Source: Escherichia phage Pollock. Taken from it: a DNA stretch of 64,000 nt. Below are positions 1 through 8,265 of the stretch, in pieces (positions within the stretch are counted from its first letter, which is position 1; every line of letters begins with the position of its first letter). Made by a program: the position numbers and the translations under genes. Under the pieces are notes generated by a model. The model was given only the letters and a program-made list of their open reading frames with translations. It searched no databases and had not been told where the DNA came from. The DNA lies in sequence record NC_027381.1; one strand, written 5' to 3'.

Positions 1-15
1 CTTATTAAAATATTT

Positions 16-222
16 ATGAAAGATGAATTAATCATCATTTTAAATGAAATATGGTCATTACCAGAATACCAAAATATACGTGGTCCTAAGGAAGAATTAT
101 GTAGAAGAATAACATGTACCGGAGTTCACTGTACAAATTGTCCTCTTGGTTATTTCTTAAAAGACGAAGATTACGTCTCTCAAATCCATAAAATATTGGA
201 AGTCATTAATCATGAAATATGA
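16..222 (+). CDS. small Cys-rich protein, member of a 4-copy paralogue family (probable Zn-ribbon)
   Basis: 68 aa; N-terminal MKDELIIILNEI motif shared with ORFs 1367 and 1558; 4 Cys (C-x4-C-x4-C-x2-C); 3' end overlaps start of next ORF by 11 nt. Confidence 0.4.
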   Translation: MKDELIIILNEIWSLPEYQNIRGPKEELCRRITCTGVHCTNCPLGYFLKDEDYVSQIHKILEVINHEI

Positions 223-1135
223 AACTCAACTCCTGATTGAATCTATGTTCAACCGTCATCAAGAACGTGAACTCATTAGAAATGAATTAAGAAGTTCACC
301 TGAAATTATGGAGTTAGTTAATGCTGCTGTTAGTAAAGCATTGGAATGGGTTAAAGGAGATTACTTTGAAAGTAAGAATAAACGTTTAGCTTTATTAGAT
401 ACCAATATTTTAGAAGATTTTTATATTGATGTTGCTGGTTCATTGGCTCAGTTTGGTAAAGCTAAGTATACCCAAGTAGTAGGTATGGTGTCTGGGATGA
501 TAACTACTATGTCTCAGAAAGAGGCTATACGTACTGCTGGCGAGTTAATTTCATTAGCAGCTATGGTAGACCTAGTTGATGTGATTCCTGCGTCTATGAG
601 CATTACAGGCTCTATGGAATTGGTTTCTCGTATTCAACTTGAACCAAAAACATTAGAACTGATTGACCAGTATCAGTATCTTCCTCCAATGATTGTTCCA
701 CCTGAACCAGTTAAATCAAATACTGGTAGTGGATACCTGTCTATTAAATGGGATTCGTTAATTCTTAAAAAGAATCATCATGAACATGATATCTGTTTAG
801 ATAATATCAATAGATTCAATTCTGTAGCATTTTGTCTGAATGAACGAGTTATCCGTAATATTCGAGATAATCGTAAACATCTGGATAGTGCTAAAGCAGA
901 TGAGACTGCTGATGAGTTTAAAGCACGAGTAGAGTCATTCCTAAAAATGGAAAAAGAATCTATGAAAGTATTTGCAATGCTCATCAATGAAGGAAATAGA
1001 TTTTATCTAACTCATAAATATGACAAACGAGGACGTACTTACTGTCAAGGTTACCATGTCTCCTACCAAGGTAATACGTATCGTAAAGCTATTCTTGAAT
1101 TAGCTGATAAAGAAATAGTACCTATTGAGGAATAA
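212..1135 (+). CDS. T7-like RNA polymerase, N-terminal-half subunit (N4 RNAPII small-subunit-like)
   Basis: C-terminal HKYDKRGRTYCQGYHVSYQGNTYRKAILELADKE resembles T7 RNAP DWRGRVYAVSMFNPQGNDMTKGLLTLAKGK (recalled from memory); same operon as the catalytic half. Confidence 0.75.
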   Translation: MKYETQLLIESMFNRHQERELIRNELRSSPEIMELVNAAVSKALEWVKGDYFESKNKRLALLDTNILEDFYIDVAGSLAQFGKAKYTQVVGMVSGMITTMSQKEAIRTAGELISLAAMVDLVDVIPASMSITGSMELVSRIQLEPKTLELIDQYQYLPPMIVPPEPVKSNTGSGYLSIKWDSLILKKNHHEHDICLDNINRFNSVAFCLNERVIRNIRDNRKHLDSAKADETADEFKARVESFLKMEKESMKVFAMLINEGNRFYLTHKYDKRGRTYCQGYHVSYQGNTYRKAILELADKEIVPIEE

Positions 1136-1137
1136 TT

Positions 1138-1374
1138 ATGGCTGAATTATCTAAACCAGAACAACTCATTAAGATTACGTTATTACTCCGTAATATTCCA
1201 AATGAGTTAGATACGCATTTTTGTAGTACTCATCCTGCATGTGAAAAATTATGTGGACCTAAACATGATAAAAGTAAATGTGCTTTATTTACATGCTCTG
1301 AAGAAGAGATTAAGAAAACTATCTTTGGATTAGATGCAGCAGGGAGAATGTTAGGAATTATCCCTGATGAATAA
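1138..1374 (+). CDS. small Cys-rich protein (divergent member of paralogue family)
   Basis: 78 aa; 5 Cys incl. C-x5-C-x3-C; starts 3 nt after the RNAP small subunit stop; 3' end overlaps next ORF. Confidence 0.35.
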   Translation: MAELSKPEQLIKITLLLRNIPNELDTHFCSTHPACEKLCGPKHDKSKCALFTCSEEEIKKTIFGLDAAGRMLGIIPDE

Positions 1375-1561
1375 AGAATTAGTTTTAATCCTTAAAGAAA
1401 TAAAAAGAGTATCTGAAACTTCTAAACATGGATGTACTGGTAGTAAATTTAAAGAATTATTTCGTTGTTTAAATGTATCTTGTGGAGTATGTATATTAAA
1501 TAATATACAAAATCCAAAAAAGTATAATTATCAAATATTCTCTATTCCAATAAATCTATGA
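1367..1561 (+). CDS. small Cys-rich protein (paralogue family)
   Basis: 64 aa; MNKELVLILKEI N-terminus; Cys pattern ending C-x4-C-x2-C; overlapping start/stop with neighbours. Confidence 0.4.
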   Translation: MNKELVLILKEIKRVSETSKHGCTGSKFKELFRCLNVSCGVCILNNIQNPKKYNYQIFSIPINL

Positions 1562-1770
1562 ATAAACAATTTATTCTTATATTGGATTCAATTAGGGATT
1601 GGGCAAAATCAGAATTTTCTTGTAAGGGTGGACTGTTAACTATACGCGATACATATATAAATGAACATTTATGTGGGTATTTATGTACCTCATGCCCTAT
1701 TGTTCAAGTAAGAAGTAAACAACTTTATCCCGACCAAATCATTCAAACTTCCTCTCAACTAATTAAGTGA
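1558..1770 (+). CDS. small Cys-rich protein (paralogue family)
   Basis: 70 aa; MNKQFILILDSI N-terminus; Cys pattern ending C-x3-C-x2-C; stop overlaps start of RNAP large subunit. Confidence 0.4.
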   Translation: MNKQFILILDSIRDWAKSEFSCKGGLLTIRDTYINEHLCGYLCTSCPIVQVRSKQLYPDQIIQTSSQLIK

Positions 1771-3005
1771 GACTCAATATGCAACAGTTTACAGCTTTCC
1801 AATATATCAAATTAGATATTGCTAACTCTTTTGGTTTAGATAAAGAACTGTTTGATGACCGTATCAAATGGTTTGAAGAAAACAAAAATAATTTAGCTAA
1901 TTTGGTAAATGATGCAGATGAACCTGCTCAATTCTACGCAGGTATGTTGGCATACCAAGATGTACTGGAAGGTAAACCAATTGGTTATTTAGTAGGTATG
2001 GATGCTACTGCATCTGGATTGCAGTGTATGGCTGCATTAACTGGCTGTAAGACTACCGCTGAAACAGTAAATCTTATTGACCCTAATTGTCGTAAAGATG
2101 CTTATACCGATGGCTATAAAGTCATGGGAGAACTACTTAATGGCAAGATTGATAAGATTGACCGTAAGGATTTGAAGGGAGCTATTATGACTCACTTCTA
2201 TGGTTCTCAAGCAAATCCTAGAAGTGTATTTGGTGAAAATACTATAGAACTACAAAAGTTCTATGAAACTGTTCAAACCATTGCTCCCGGTGCAAATATG
2301 CTACGAGATGATTTAATCAATCTCTGGCAACCAAAAGCACTTCAACATTTATGGGAATTACCAGATGGCTTTACTGCTGTCGTTAAAGTAATGACCATGA
2401 AAGAAGAAAGCTTTGAAGTAAATGAATTAAATAGTTCCTTTACTCATCGTTATTGGGTTAATGAGGGTCAGGATTTTGGTTTATCACTTGCTGCTAATGT
2501 TGTTCACTCTGTAGATGGGATGGTAGTACGTGAGATGAATCGTCGTGCTAACTACGATGAAACCAAAATACAGCGTGTATATGAGCTTCTGACTGGTTCA
2601 AACAATACAGGTATTGTGGACTATACAGTAGATGATAAACAGCTTAAGAGAGCTATTGAGCTTGCTGAAAGACATCGTTTTGTTTCTACTGTGATGATTG
2701 AGTTCATTAACCATGAGAATGTACATATGATTCCTTTATGGATTAAGAACCAACTCATCGAAATTATTGAGAAGATGTTGGCTCATAAACCATATGCATT
2801 AATTGCAATTCATGATTGCTTTAAATGCCATCCTCTGTATATGAATAACGTGCGTCAGAACTACATTGATATCTTTGCTCAGATTGCAGATAGCACAATG
2901 CTTCAAGCAATTGCATCTCAAATCTCTGGTAAACGTATTCCAGTAACTAAACTGTCTAATGACCTTTCAACATACATTCGTAAATCCAACTACATGCTTA
3001 GTTAA
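1767..3005 (+). CDS. T7-like single-subunit RNA polymerase, catalytic C-terminal-half subunit (N4 RNAPII large-subunit-like)
   Basis: RIKWFEENKNNL (cf. T7 RIKFIEENHENI), GMDATASGLQ (motif A, cf. DGSCSGIQH), IMTHFYGSQ (motif B, cf. MTLAYGSK), IAIHDCF (motif C, cf. IHDSFGT); T7 sequences recalled from memory. Confidence 0.85.
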   Translation: MRLNMQQFTAFQYIKLDIANSFGLDKELFDDRIKWFEENKNNLANLVNDADEPAQFYAGMLAYQDVLEGKPIGYLVGMDATASGLQCMAALTGCKTTAETVNLIDPNCRKDAYTDGYKVMGELLNGKIDKIDRKDLKGAIMTHFYGSQANPRSVFGENTIELQKFYETVQTIAPGANMLRDDLINLWQPKALQHLWELPDGFTAVVKVMTMKEESFEVNELNSSFTHRYWVNEGQDFGLSLAANVVHSVDGMVVREMNRRANYDETKIQRVYELLTGSNNTGIVDYTVDDKQLKRAIELAERHRFVSTVMIEFINHENVHMIPLWIKNQLIEIIEKMLAHKPYALIAIHDCFKCHPLYMNNVRQNYIDIFAQIADSTMLQAIASQISGKRIPVTKLSNDLSTYIRKSNYMLS

Positions 3006-3014
3006 GGAACTTCT

Positions 3015-3395
3015 ATGTCCATTTTCACTAATGTAACTATTACCATTGACCCATTAGGTCATTACGTATCTATACCTCGTGACCGTATCCGTGATTCTTT
3101 AGGATACATTCCTCAAATTGTGGAACGTGGAGTACGTCAAGCCAAAGATGAAAAAGATGCTGGTTTCTGGATTTGGACAATTTATCAGTATGGTAATCCT
3201 CTAAATCCACCTGAAACCAAATTGAAATTTAAAGATGGTATTCTGACCTATCCAAAAGAAGAACCAAAATATCCAATAGCTGTTTATCACCTTAATAATG
3301 TTGCCGGATTAGATATCCGGTTTTGGCAATATGAACATGCTATGACTGTATATACAGTTAATGGTAAAGCAATTTTATTCGGGAGAATGGATTAA
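3015..3395 (+). CDS. hypothetical protein
   Basis: 126-aa ORF, co-directional and tightly packed. Confidence 0.4.
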   Translation: MSIFTNVTITIDPLGHYVSIPRDRIRDSLGYIPQIVERGVRQAKDEKDAGFWIWTIYQYGNPLNPPETKLKFKDGILTYPKEEPKYPIAVYHLNNVAGLDIRFWQYEHAMTVYTVNGKAILFGRMD

Positions 3396-3736
3396 TGATT
3401 AAAGTAGGTAATATGGTCAGAATGGTCTTTACTAAAGACCCAGAACAACATACATCCAATGTAATAATCAAAGGGTTATACATGGATAAAGCATGGGTAA
3501 TGTATGAACAGTCAGGTAAAGATGAAATTATTGATTTAGCTGACGTAAGCTTTGGCAACCCTATTCCAGAAGAACCTGCAAATCATTCTTTTGTAGCCAG
3601 AGACTATAGTGGTAATTGGCTATATTGGGACCATAAAAAAGGTTACTGGTATGAATGCAATGACCCAACACAACACGAAGAACAAGAAGTCTCTTTACCG
3701 ATTAATCAAAGCAAGCCAACTCAACCCATTTACTAA
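3395..3736 (+). CDS. hypothetical protein
   Basis: 113-aa ORF; start overlaps the upstream stop (ATGA-type). Confidence 0.4.
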   Translation: MIKVGNMVRMVFTKDPEQHTSNVIIKGLYMDKAWVMYEQSGKDEIIDLADVSFGNPIPEEPANHSFVARDYSGNWLYWDHKKGYWYECNDPTQHEEQEVSLPINQSKPTQPIY

Positions 3737-3893
3737 AATCTGGTTAAATGGGCGTCATTATGACGTCCATAATGTCTTTGATAAAGGGGAATATATTCAA
3801 GCTTACTTATGGACAGGCTGGGTATATTCCCCCTGCTTATTTAATAAAGAGGATTATATATGGCATTTAGTAAATTATGGAAAGCTATCCTAG
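3609..3893 (+). CDS. hypothetical protein (start uncertain; overlaps upstream ORF in another frame)
   Basis: 94-aa ORF overlapping 3395..3736 by 128 nt; no Met after the overlap. Confidence 0.25.
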   Translation: MVIGYIGTIKKVTGMNAMTQHNTKNKKSLYRLIKASQLNPFTKIWLNGRHYDVHNVFDKGEYIQAYLWTGWVYSPCLFNKEDYIWHLVNYGKLS

Positions 3894-4111
3894 TATTCAC
3901 TTTTTTGTTAATTGGTAGTGCTTATAGTAAGGAACACACATTAAATCCTATATCTGAAGAAATGGATGTTCAAAGAATCCATGATGATGAAGCAGGCGTT
4001 ACTTGCTGGATTTTATATGTTCCTAATACATCTAGATATCAAATGCCTGACCATTACAGTATGAGTTGTTTACCTAATACTGTAATCAAACCAGAAGCAA
4101 TTAAAAAATAA
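3860..4111 (+). CDS. hypothetical small protein with N-terminal signal-peptide-like segment
   Basis: 83 aa; hydrophobic N-terminus LVFTFLLIGSAYS; followed by a terminator. Confidence 0.35.
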   Translation: MAFSKLWKAILVFTFLLIGSAYSKEHTLNPISEEMDVQRIHDDEAGVTCWILYVPNTSRYQMPDHYSMSCLPNTVIKPEAIKK

Positions 4112-4137
4112 ATAATTAAAACTTATAACTTCATACT

Positions 4138-4168
4138 AAGCCTCCTTTTATGGAGGCTTTTAGTTTTA
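4138..4168 (+). terminator. rho-independent terminator
   Basis: aagcctcc-ttttat-ggaggctt hairpin followed by T-rich run. Confidence 0.55.
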
Positions 4169-4214
4169 TACAAATGCTTCTTATACAGGAGCATCTTTAT
4201 AAAACTATGTAGGA

Positions 4215-4670
4215 TTGGATATGAAAGTTAAACTGAAAGTACTTCCATTTAATAACACCAATATGAGCTTACCTAAACCAGCAACAGATGGTTCTGCTGG
4301 TATTGATTTACGAGCCAATACAGTTATGCCATTCGAACTTAAACCGGGAGAAACTACTCTGGTAAATACTGGTTTAGCTATCCATCTGGATGATGTTCAC
4401 TATGCAGGTATGATTTTACCTCGTTCTGGGTTAGGGCATAAACATGGTATTGTGCTTGGAAATCTTACAGGTCTCATTGATAGTGATTATCAAGGGGAAC
4501 TGATGGTAAGCCTCTGGAATCGCTCTACAAAGCCTTTTACTATTAATCCAGGTGACCGTATTGCTCAGTTAGTTATTGTGCCTGTAATGCAGCCTGAATT
4601 TGTTATAGTAGACTCTTTTGAAGCTACTGAAAGAGGCGAAGGTGGTTTCAACTCTACTGGAGTTAAGTGA
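4215..4670 (+). CDS. dut: dUTP diphosphatase (dUTPase)
   Basis: 151 aa; near-identical blocks to E. coli Dut as recalled: [59 protein letters not shown]. Confidence 0.92.
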   Translation: MDMKVKLKVLPFNNTNMSLPKPATDGSAGIDLRANTVMPFELKPGETTLVNTGLAIHLDDVHYAGMILPRSGLGHKHGIVLGNLTGLIDSDYQGELMVSLWNRSTKPFTINPGDRIAQLVIVPVMQPEFVIVDSFEATERGEGGFNSTGVK

Positions 4671-4843
4671 TGACTGAACCAATGAGTAAGTTTGAGCTAG
4701 AAAGACATATCCATAATCTTAAGGAATATGATTCCAAGATTGCTGGTCATGAATCTGAAGTAGTTCGTCTACAAGAAGAACGTCGAGAGTACATTAATCG
4801 ACACAATCTTAACAAGATTGCAGAGAAGGTATTTCCTGCTTAA
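4670..4843 (+). CDS. hypothetical small protein (57 aa, coiled-coil-like)
   Basis: ATG overlaps dut stop (GTGATGA); not in ORF track because under 60 aa; translated by eye. Confidence 0.3.
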   Translation: MTEPMSKFELERHIHNLKEYDSKIAGHESEVVRLQEERREYINRHNLNKIAEKVFPA

Positions 4844-4865
4844 GCGCCTACGGCGCTCTCTTTGG
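4843..4865 (+). promoter_or_regulatory. recurrent motif: GC hairpin with 3-nt loop (aGCGCC-TAC-GGCGCt) followed by TCTCTTTGG
   Basis: one of four near-identical instances (4843, 5646, 13796, 59899); function unknown. Confidence 0.4.
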
Positions 4866-4869
4866 TTAT

Positions 4870-4898
4870 AGCTACCTTCGGGTAGCTTTTTATTTTTT
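4870..4898 (+). terminator. rho-independent terminator
   Basis: agctacc-ttcg-ggtagct hairpin followed by ttttatttttt. Confidence 0.6.
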
Positions 4899-4905
4899 GG
4901 GGAAA

Positions 4906-5217
4906 ATGATGGCTAAAGAACCAATCTCCAAACTATGTATTCCTATTGGAGATAAATATGAAATTACCTCTAATGGGTATTCATATGTATTAGTTGAGAA
5001 AAGAACTGTTCAATCAGGAGTTAAAGCTGGGACTACTGCTTCCAGTAATGTTGGTTATTTTCAGACTTTAGGTTCTCTTGCTAAACAGTTAATTAATAAA
5101 GAAGTATGTGAAACTAACATTACTTCTTTACAACAATTAAATGAGCGTATCGAAGAACTAGGTATTGGTATAGCTCAGTTACTTGAACAACTTGTTAAAC
5201 AAAATGAAGGTAAATGA
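4906..5217 (+). CDS. hypothetical protein
   Basis: ORF track gives 4897 (TTG); ATG at 4906/4909 after a GGGGA RBS is more likely. Confidence 0.4.
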   Translation: MMAKEPISKLCIPIGDKYEITSNGYSYVLVEKRTVQSGVKAGTTASSNVGYFQTLGSLAKQLINKEVCETNITSLQQLNERIEELGIGIAQLLEQLVKQNEGK

Positions 5218-5218
5218 A

Positions 5219-5641
5219 ATGGCACTAACCAATGAACAAAAGCAAGCACTTGAAATTGTAGCTGACTTGATTAAACAACAAGAGAATCCTCTAGTTGTTT
5301 CGGCTGGATTGGCTTTGCTGTTTAAATTGGAAATTTCCAATATGTCTCCTCGTGAAGTATTGGAACAGATTGGTAAAGAACTTAAAGCTGAACATGACCA
5401 TGATTCAGGATGTACTTGTCTTGAACGTCATCATTTCTTATTGAACGTTCTGAACAATCTGGAAAAACAGAAGTTCAATGATGAAGTTACTTATAAATTG
5501 TTGAGTACTGCTGAAGATGCTTGGGACACGTTTGAAGAACGTTATGAACGTATTCCTACTGTTACCTATACACCTTCGCAATTCACCATTCAAACTGGTG
5601 TACCGGGTATTTATTTTATTCACCCTGCTGTACAGAAGTAA
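5219..5641 (+). CDS. hypothetical protein
   Basis: ORF track start 5183 overlaps upstream gene; ATG at 5219 right after upstream stop with GAAGG RBS preferred. Confidence 0.4.
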   Translation: MALTNEQKQALEIVADLIKQQENPLVVSAGLALLFKLEISNMSPREVLEQIGKELKAEHDHDSGCTCLERHHFLLNVLNNLEKQKFNDEVTYKLLSTAEDAWDTFEERYERIPTVTYTPSQFTIQTGVPGIYFIHPAVQK

Positions 5642-5645
5642 TTCT

Positions 5646-5667
5646 CGCACTTCGTGCGTCTCTTAGG
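5646..5667 (+). promoter_or_regulatory. recurrent motif: hairpin CGCAC-TTC-GTGCG followed by TCTCTTAGG
   Basis: second instance of the hairpin + TCTCTT(T/A)GG motif; directly followed by a terminator hairpin. Confidence 0.4.
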
Positions 5668-5690
5668 AGTCATTTTGGCTCCTTTTTATT
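5664..5690 (+). terminator. rho-independent terminator
   Basis: aggagtc-atttt-ggctcct hairpin followed by ttttatt. Confidence 0.5.
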
Positions 5691-5713
5691 AACATCTGAA
5701 AGAGGAATTTATT

Positions 5714-6163
5714 ATGGGTTTATTTGGTTTTGGTAAGAAAAAAGTTAGTCAGAAAGTAGAACAAATGCGAGCTACCGCTGGAAAGATGGAAAATAAAGAT
5801 ATCGTTGAAGCAGGTATCGCTGTAATGGTTGGTGTAGCATTTGCAGATAAATCTTGCTCTGATGAAGAAATTGAAATTCTGGAAAATATCATTGAATCTG
5901 ATGACACCTTTGCAGAATGGCGTTCTGAAACTCAGGCAATGACTAATAAATGGATAAGCAAATTCCAGAAATTCCATCGTGGTGCAATGATGGATTTGGA
6001 AAAAGAATTTAACGACCTGAAAGGAGACCCTGCTGGTCAGAAACGTGCTTTGCTGTGTGGTATTGCCGTAGCAGAAGATGATGAAGGCATGGGTGCAGAA
6101 GAAAAAGCTTTTCTTGAAAAAGTTGCAGGTTGGGCAGGCATCCGTTTGGATACTTTACTGTAA
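5714..6163 (+). CDS. TerB-like protein (tellurite-resistance TerB domain family)
   Basis: 149 aa; two-part helical architecture with acidic blocks (SDEEIEILENII ... AEDDEGMGAEEKAFLEKVAGWAGI) recognised by eye as TerB-like; not database-verified. Confidence 0.45.
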   Translation: MGLFGFGKKKVSQKVEQMRATAGKMENKDIVEAGIAVMVGVAFADKSCSDEEIEILENIIESDDTFAEWRSETQAMTNKWISKFQKFHRGAMMDLEKEFNDLKGDPAGQKRALLCGIAVAEDDEGMGAEEKAFLEKVAGWAGIRLDTLL

Positions 6164-6317
6164 ATGGCACTGAAATTACGAGGAATAATAGTAGCCGTAT
6201 TATTGTTCCTTGTAGTTGCTATCGACTTCACTAGTAAGGTGATGTCGATACTAGCAGACGGTGTATTAGTTGCTGCTGTAATAGCAATAATGTGGCCTGT
6301 ATTTAAAAGGACTAACA

Positions 6318-6650
6318 ATGAGTAAACCAAAAATTGAAATTGAAAAGATTGATGCTTTACGTAATGCATTTAATGCAATGTACGTATCTCATCAAGAAAT
6401 ATCTGTAGGTGATATTGTTATTCTACACCCTTCAGTTCCGGGAATTTTTAAAGTTCCTACTGAAGAACGTCCGGGTATCGTTACTAAATTTCTACCAAAA
6501 CCAATGTATGCGTATGAAATGGCTGACGATACACGTCCAAGCCATCCTTCTTCAGCAATACAATATGATTGTGTAATCAATATCATTAATGACGATGGTG
6601 AAATTGTTCCATTCTTAATGGATTCTCGTCGCCTCCTTAAAGTTAATTAA
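6318..6650 (+). CDS. hypothetical protein
   Basis: 110-aa ORF followed by terminator. Confidence 0.4.
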   Translation: MSKPKIEIEKIDALRNAFNAMYVSHQEISVGDIVILHPSVPGIFKVPTEERPGIVTKFLPKPMYAYEMADDTRPSHPSSAIQYDCVINIINDDGEIVPFLMDSRRLLKVN

Positions 6651-6655
6651 TCTAT

Positions 6656-6690
6656 AAGCCTACTTAGTAGTAGGCTTTCATTTTTCATCT
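6656..6690 (+). terminator. rho-independent terminator
   Basis: aagcctac-ttagta-gtaggctt hairpin followed by tcatttttcat. Confidence 0.55.
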
Positions 6691-6704
6691 GTAAAGGTAA
6701 TCCT

Positions 6705-6788
6705 ATGCGTCCTACAGCTATTAAAAAAGCTATTGAAAGAGCTTTTGCAGCAGGACTTGTTCCTTTTATTAAAGGTAGTCCGGGTATT
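6705..6788 (+). CDS. MoxR-like AAA+ ATPase, exon 1 (ends inside Walker A: ...FIKGSPGI)
   Basis: ATG 6705; reading frame stops immediately after GSPGI (TGA at 6789); the GKS that completes the P-loop is at 7179. Confidence 0.55.
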
Positions 6789-7178
6789 TGATTTTACAAG
6801 ATACCCTAAGCAGTGATGCTTAGTAAAAAATCCCTTGAATTGCTGGAAACCCTTAAAGCTGAATTAACTACTGCGAGTTGAAAAACAAAGCCAATGTTTA
6901 AAAATAATTCAGATATGTAGGCAATCAGCAGCCAAGCTCCTAAGGTTTAGGATATTAAGCTATGGAGAAGGTTCAACGACTAGGCGTAAGCCGTACACTC
7001 AAGTGAGTGGAAGTGGGGGACTCTTTACAAACTTACCACCATGGAATACCTTTTGTATTTGCAAAGAAAGGTCTATGTCGTAAATGTAGTAAAGATGAAG
7101 ATATAGTCTCGTCTTATGTGAAAGCATAAGCTGTTTAATAAACAGAGGGTAGCTTAACGAACTACCCTGAAGATTACG
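6789..7178 (+). ncRNA. group I intron 1 (ORF-less), interrupting the AAA ATPase Walker A
   Basis: ~390 nt between exon end (last nt T) and exon 2 (preceded by G); contains AACGACTAGGCG...CTCAAGTGAGTGGAAG core-like element shared with intron 2; exact boundaries approximate. Confidence 0.5.
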
Positions 7179-7421
7179 GGTAAATCTGCAATTATTCGTC
7201 AAATTGCAAAAGAAGCTAAATTATTGGTTATTGACCTTCGTTTAGGTCAATGTGACCCAACTGATTTATTGGGATTTCCAAATATTGAGAATGGACGGTC
7301 TGTATATCATCCACCAAAAGATATTCCAATTATTGGGGATGAAATTCCTAAAGGATATAACGGTTGGCTGTTATTCCTTGATGAAATGAATACAGCACCT
7401 AAAGCTGTTCAGGCTGCTGCT
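7179..7421 (+). CDS. MoxR-like AAA+ ATPase, exon 2 (GKSAIIRQIAKEAKLLVIDLRLGQ ... Walker B LLFLDEMN)
   Basis: no start codon or RBS of its own; in-frame stop at 7155 upstream; ends with stop directly after AVQAAA. Confidence 0.55.
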
Positions 7422-8265
7422 TAAATTAATAGGCATTTATGGGGGAAACCTCATATCTAAAGCTACTTAAAACGGGGAACTCTTAGTAGTGTATATACAC
7501 TAAAGACAATCCGTTGCTAAATAGGAATTAAGATGCAAGAAGTTTGGAAAGCTATTCCCGGATATGAGAAAGAATATGAAATTTCTACTCATGGACGGAT
7601 TAAGAGTTTAGATAGAGTCGTTCCTTGTAAACATGGCACTCGCCTTGTTAAAGGAAAATTATTAAAAACCTATATTAATCGAAAAGGGTATTTAATTGTT
7701 ACTTTATCTAAAGAAAATAAACTGAAAACATATACCGTACATCAGTTAGTTGCTCTTACATTTATTCCAAATTTCATTAAAGGCACAGAAATTAATCATA
7801 AAGACGGTAATAAATCCAATCCAGTATTAGATAATTTAGAAATTAGCAACCCTAGCCATAACCAGTTACATGCTATAGCTACAGGTCTTAAAGCAAAGGT
7901 TGGTAAGAGTAAATACCACAATGTAACTTACATTAAAAACCCACGGGCTAAGAAAAAGTGGGCTGCAAGTATAAGTTATAATGGGGAAAAATCTTTTGGA
8001 TGGAAAACATTTATGACAGAAGAAGAAGCTGCAAGATATGTAGATAAACTTCTTGATGAAATAGGTGATACTTCCCGTTTAAGAAATTTCTAATTAATTC
8101 CTTAAATGCCCAACGACTAGTCGAAAGACGTAGGCTCAAGTGAGTCGAAAAAGTAGCTCCCCAAACAAGTAAAGTTGTGGGGATTGATATAGTCTGCTCT
8201 ATATAGAAATATATAGCTGGATTAATTATCCGGGTAATGATTAACGACCATTACTGAACATAAGG
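7422..8265 (+). mobile_element. group I intron 2 carrying an HNH homing endonuclease ORF (td-like)
   Basis: 7462-7530 CTTAAAACGGGGAACTCTTAGTAG...AGACAATCCGTTGCTAAATAGG closely matches the phage T4 td intron core as recalled; ORF begins right after this element; 3' part has CAACGACTAGTCG...CTCAAGTGAGTCG. Confidence 0.65.
7533..8093 (+). CDS. HNH homing endonuclease (intron-encoded)
   Basis: 186 aa; N-terminal WKAIPGYEKEYEISTHGRIKS, HNH core NHKDGNKSNPVLDNLEISNPSHNQLH, C-terminal AP2-like DNA-binding region. Confidence 0.8.
   Translation: MQEVWKAIPGYEKEYEISTHGRIKSLDRVVPCKHGTRLVKGKLLKTYINRKGYLIVTLSKENKLKTYTVHQLVALTFIPNFIKGTEINHKDGNKSNPVLDNLEISNPSHNQLHAIATGLKAKVGKSKYHNVTYIKNPRAKKKWAASISYNGEKSFGWKTFMTEEEAARYVDKLLDEIGDTSRLRNF

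Noticed and set aside
778-6586. Minus-strand ORFs 778..987, 3358..3558, 5438..5650, 5720..5977, 6037..6369 and 6392..6586 in the early plus-strand block
   Set aside because: All are antisense to better-supported plus-strand genes (RNAP subunit, TerB-like and others) and lack motifs; considered spurious.
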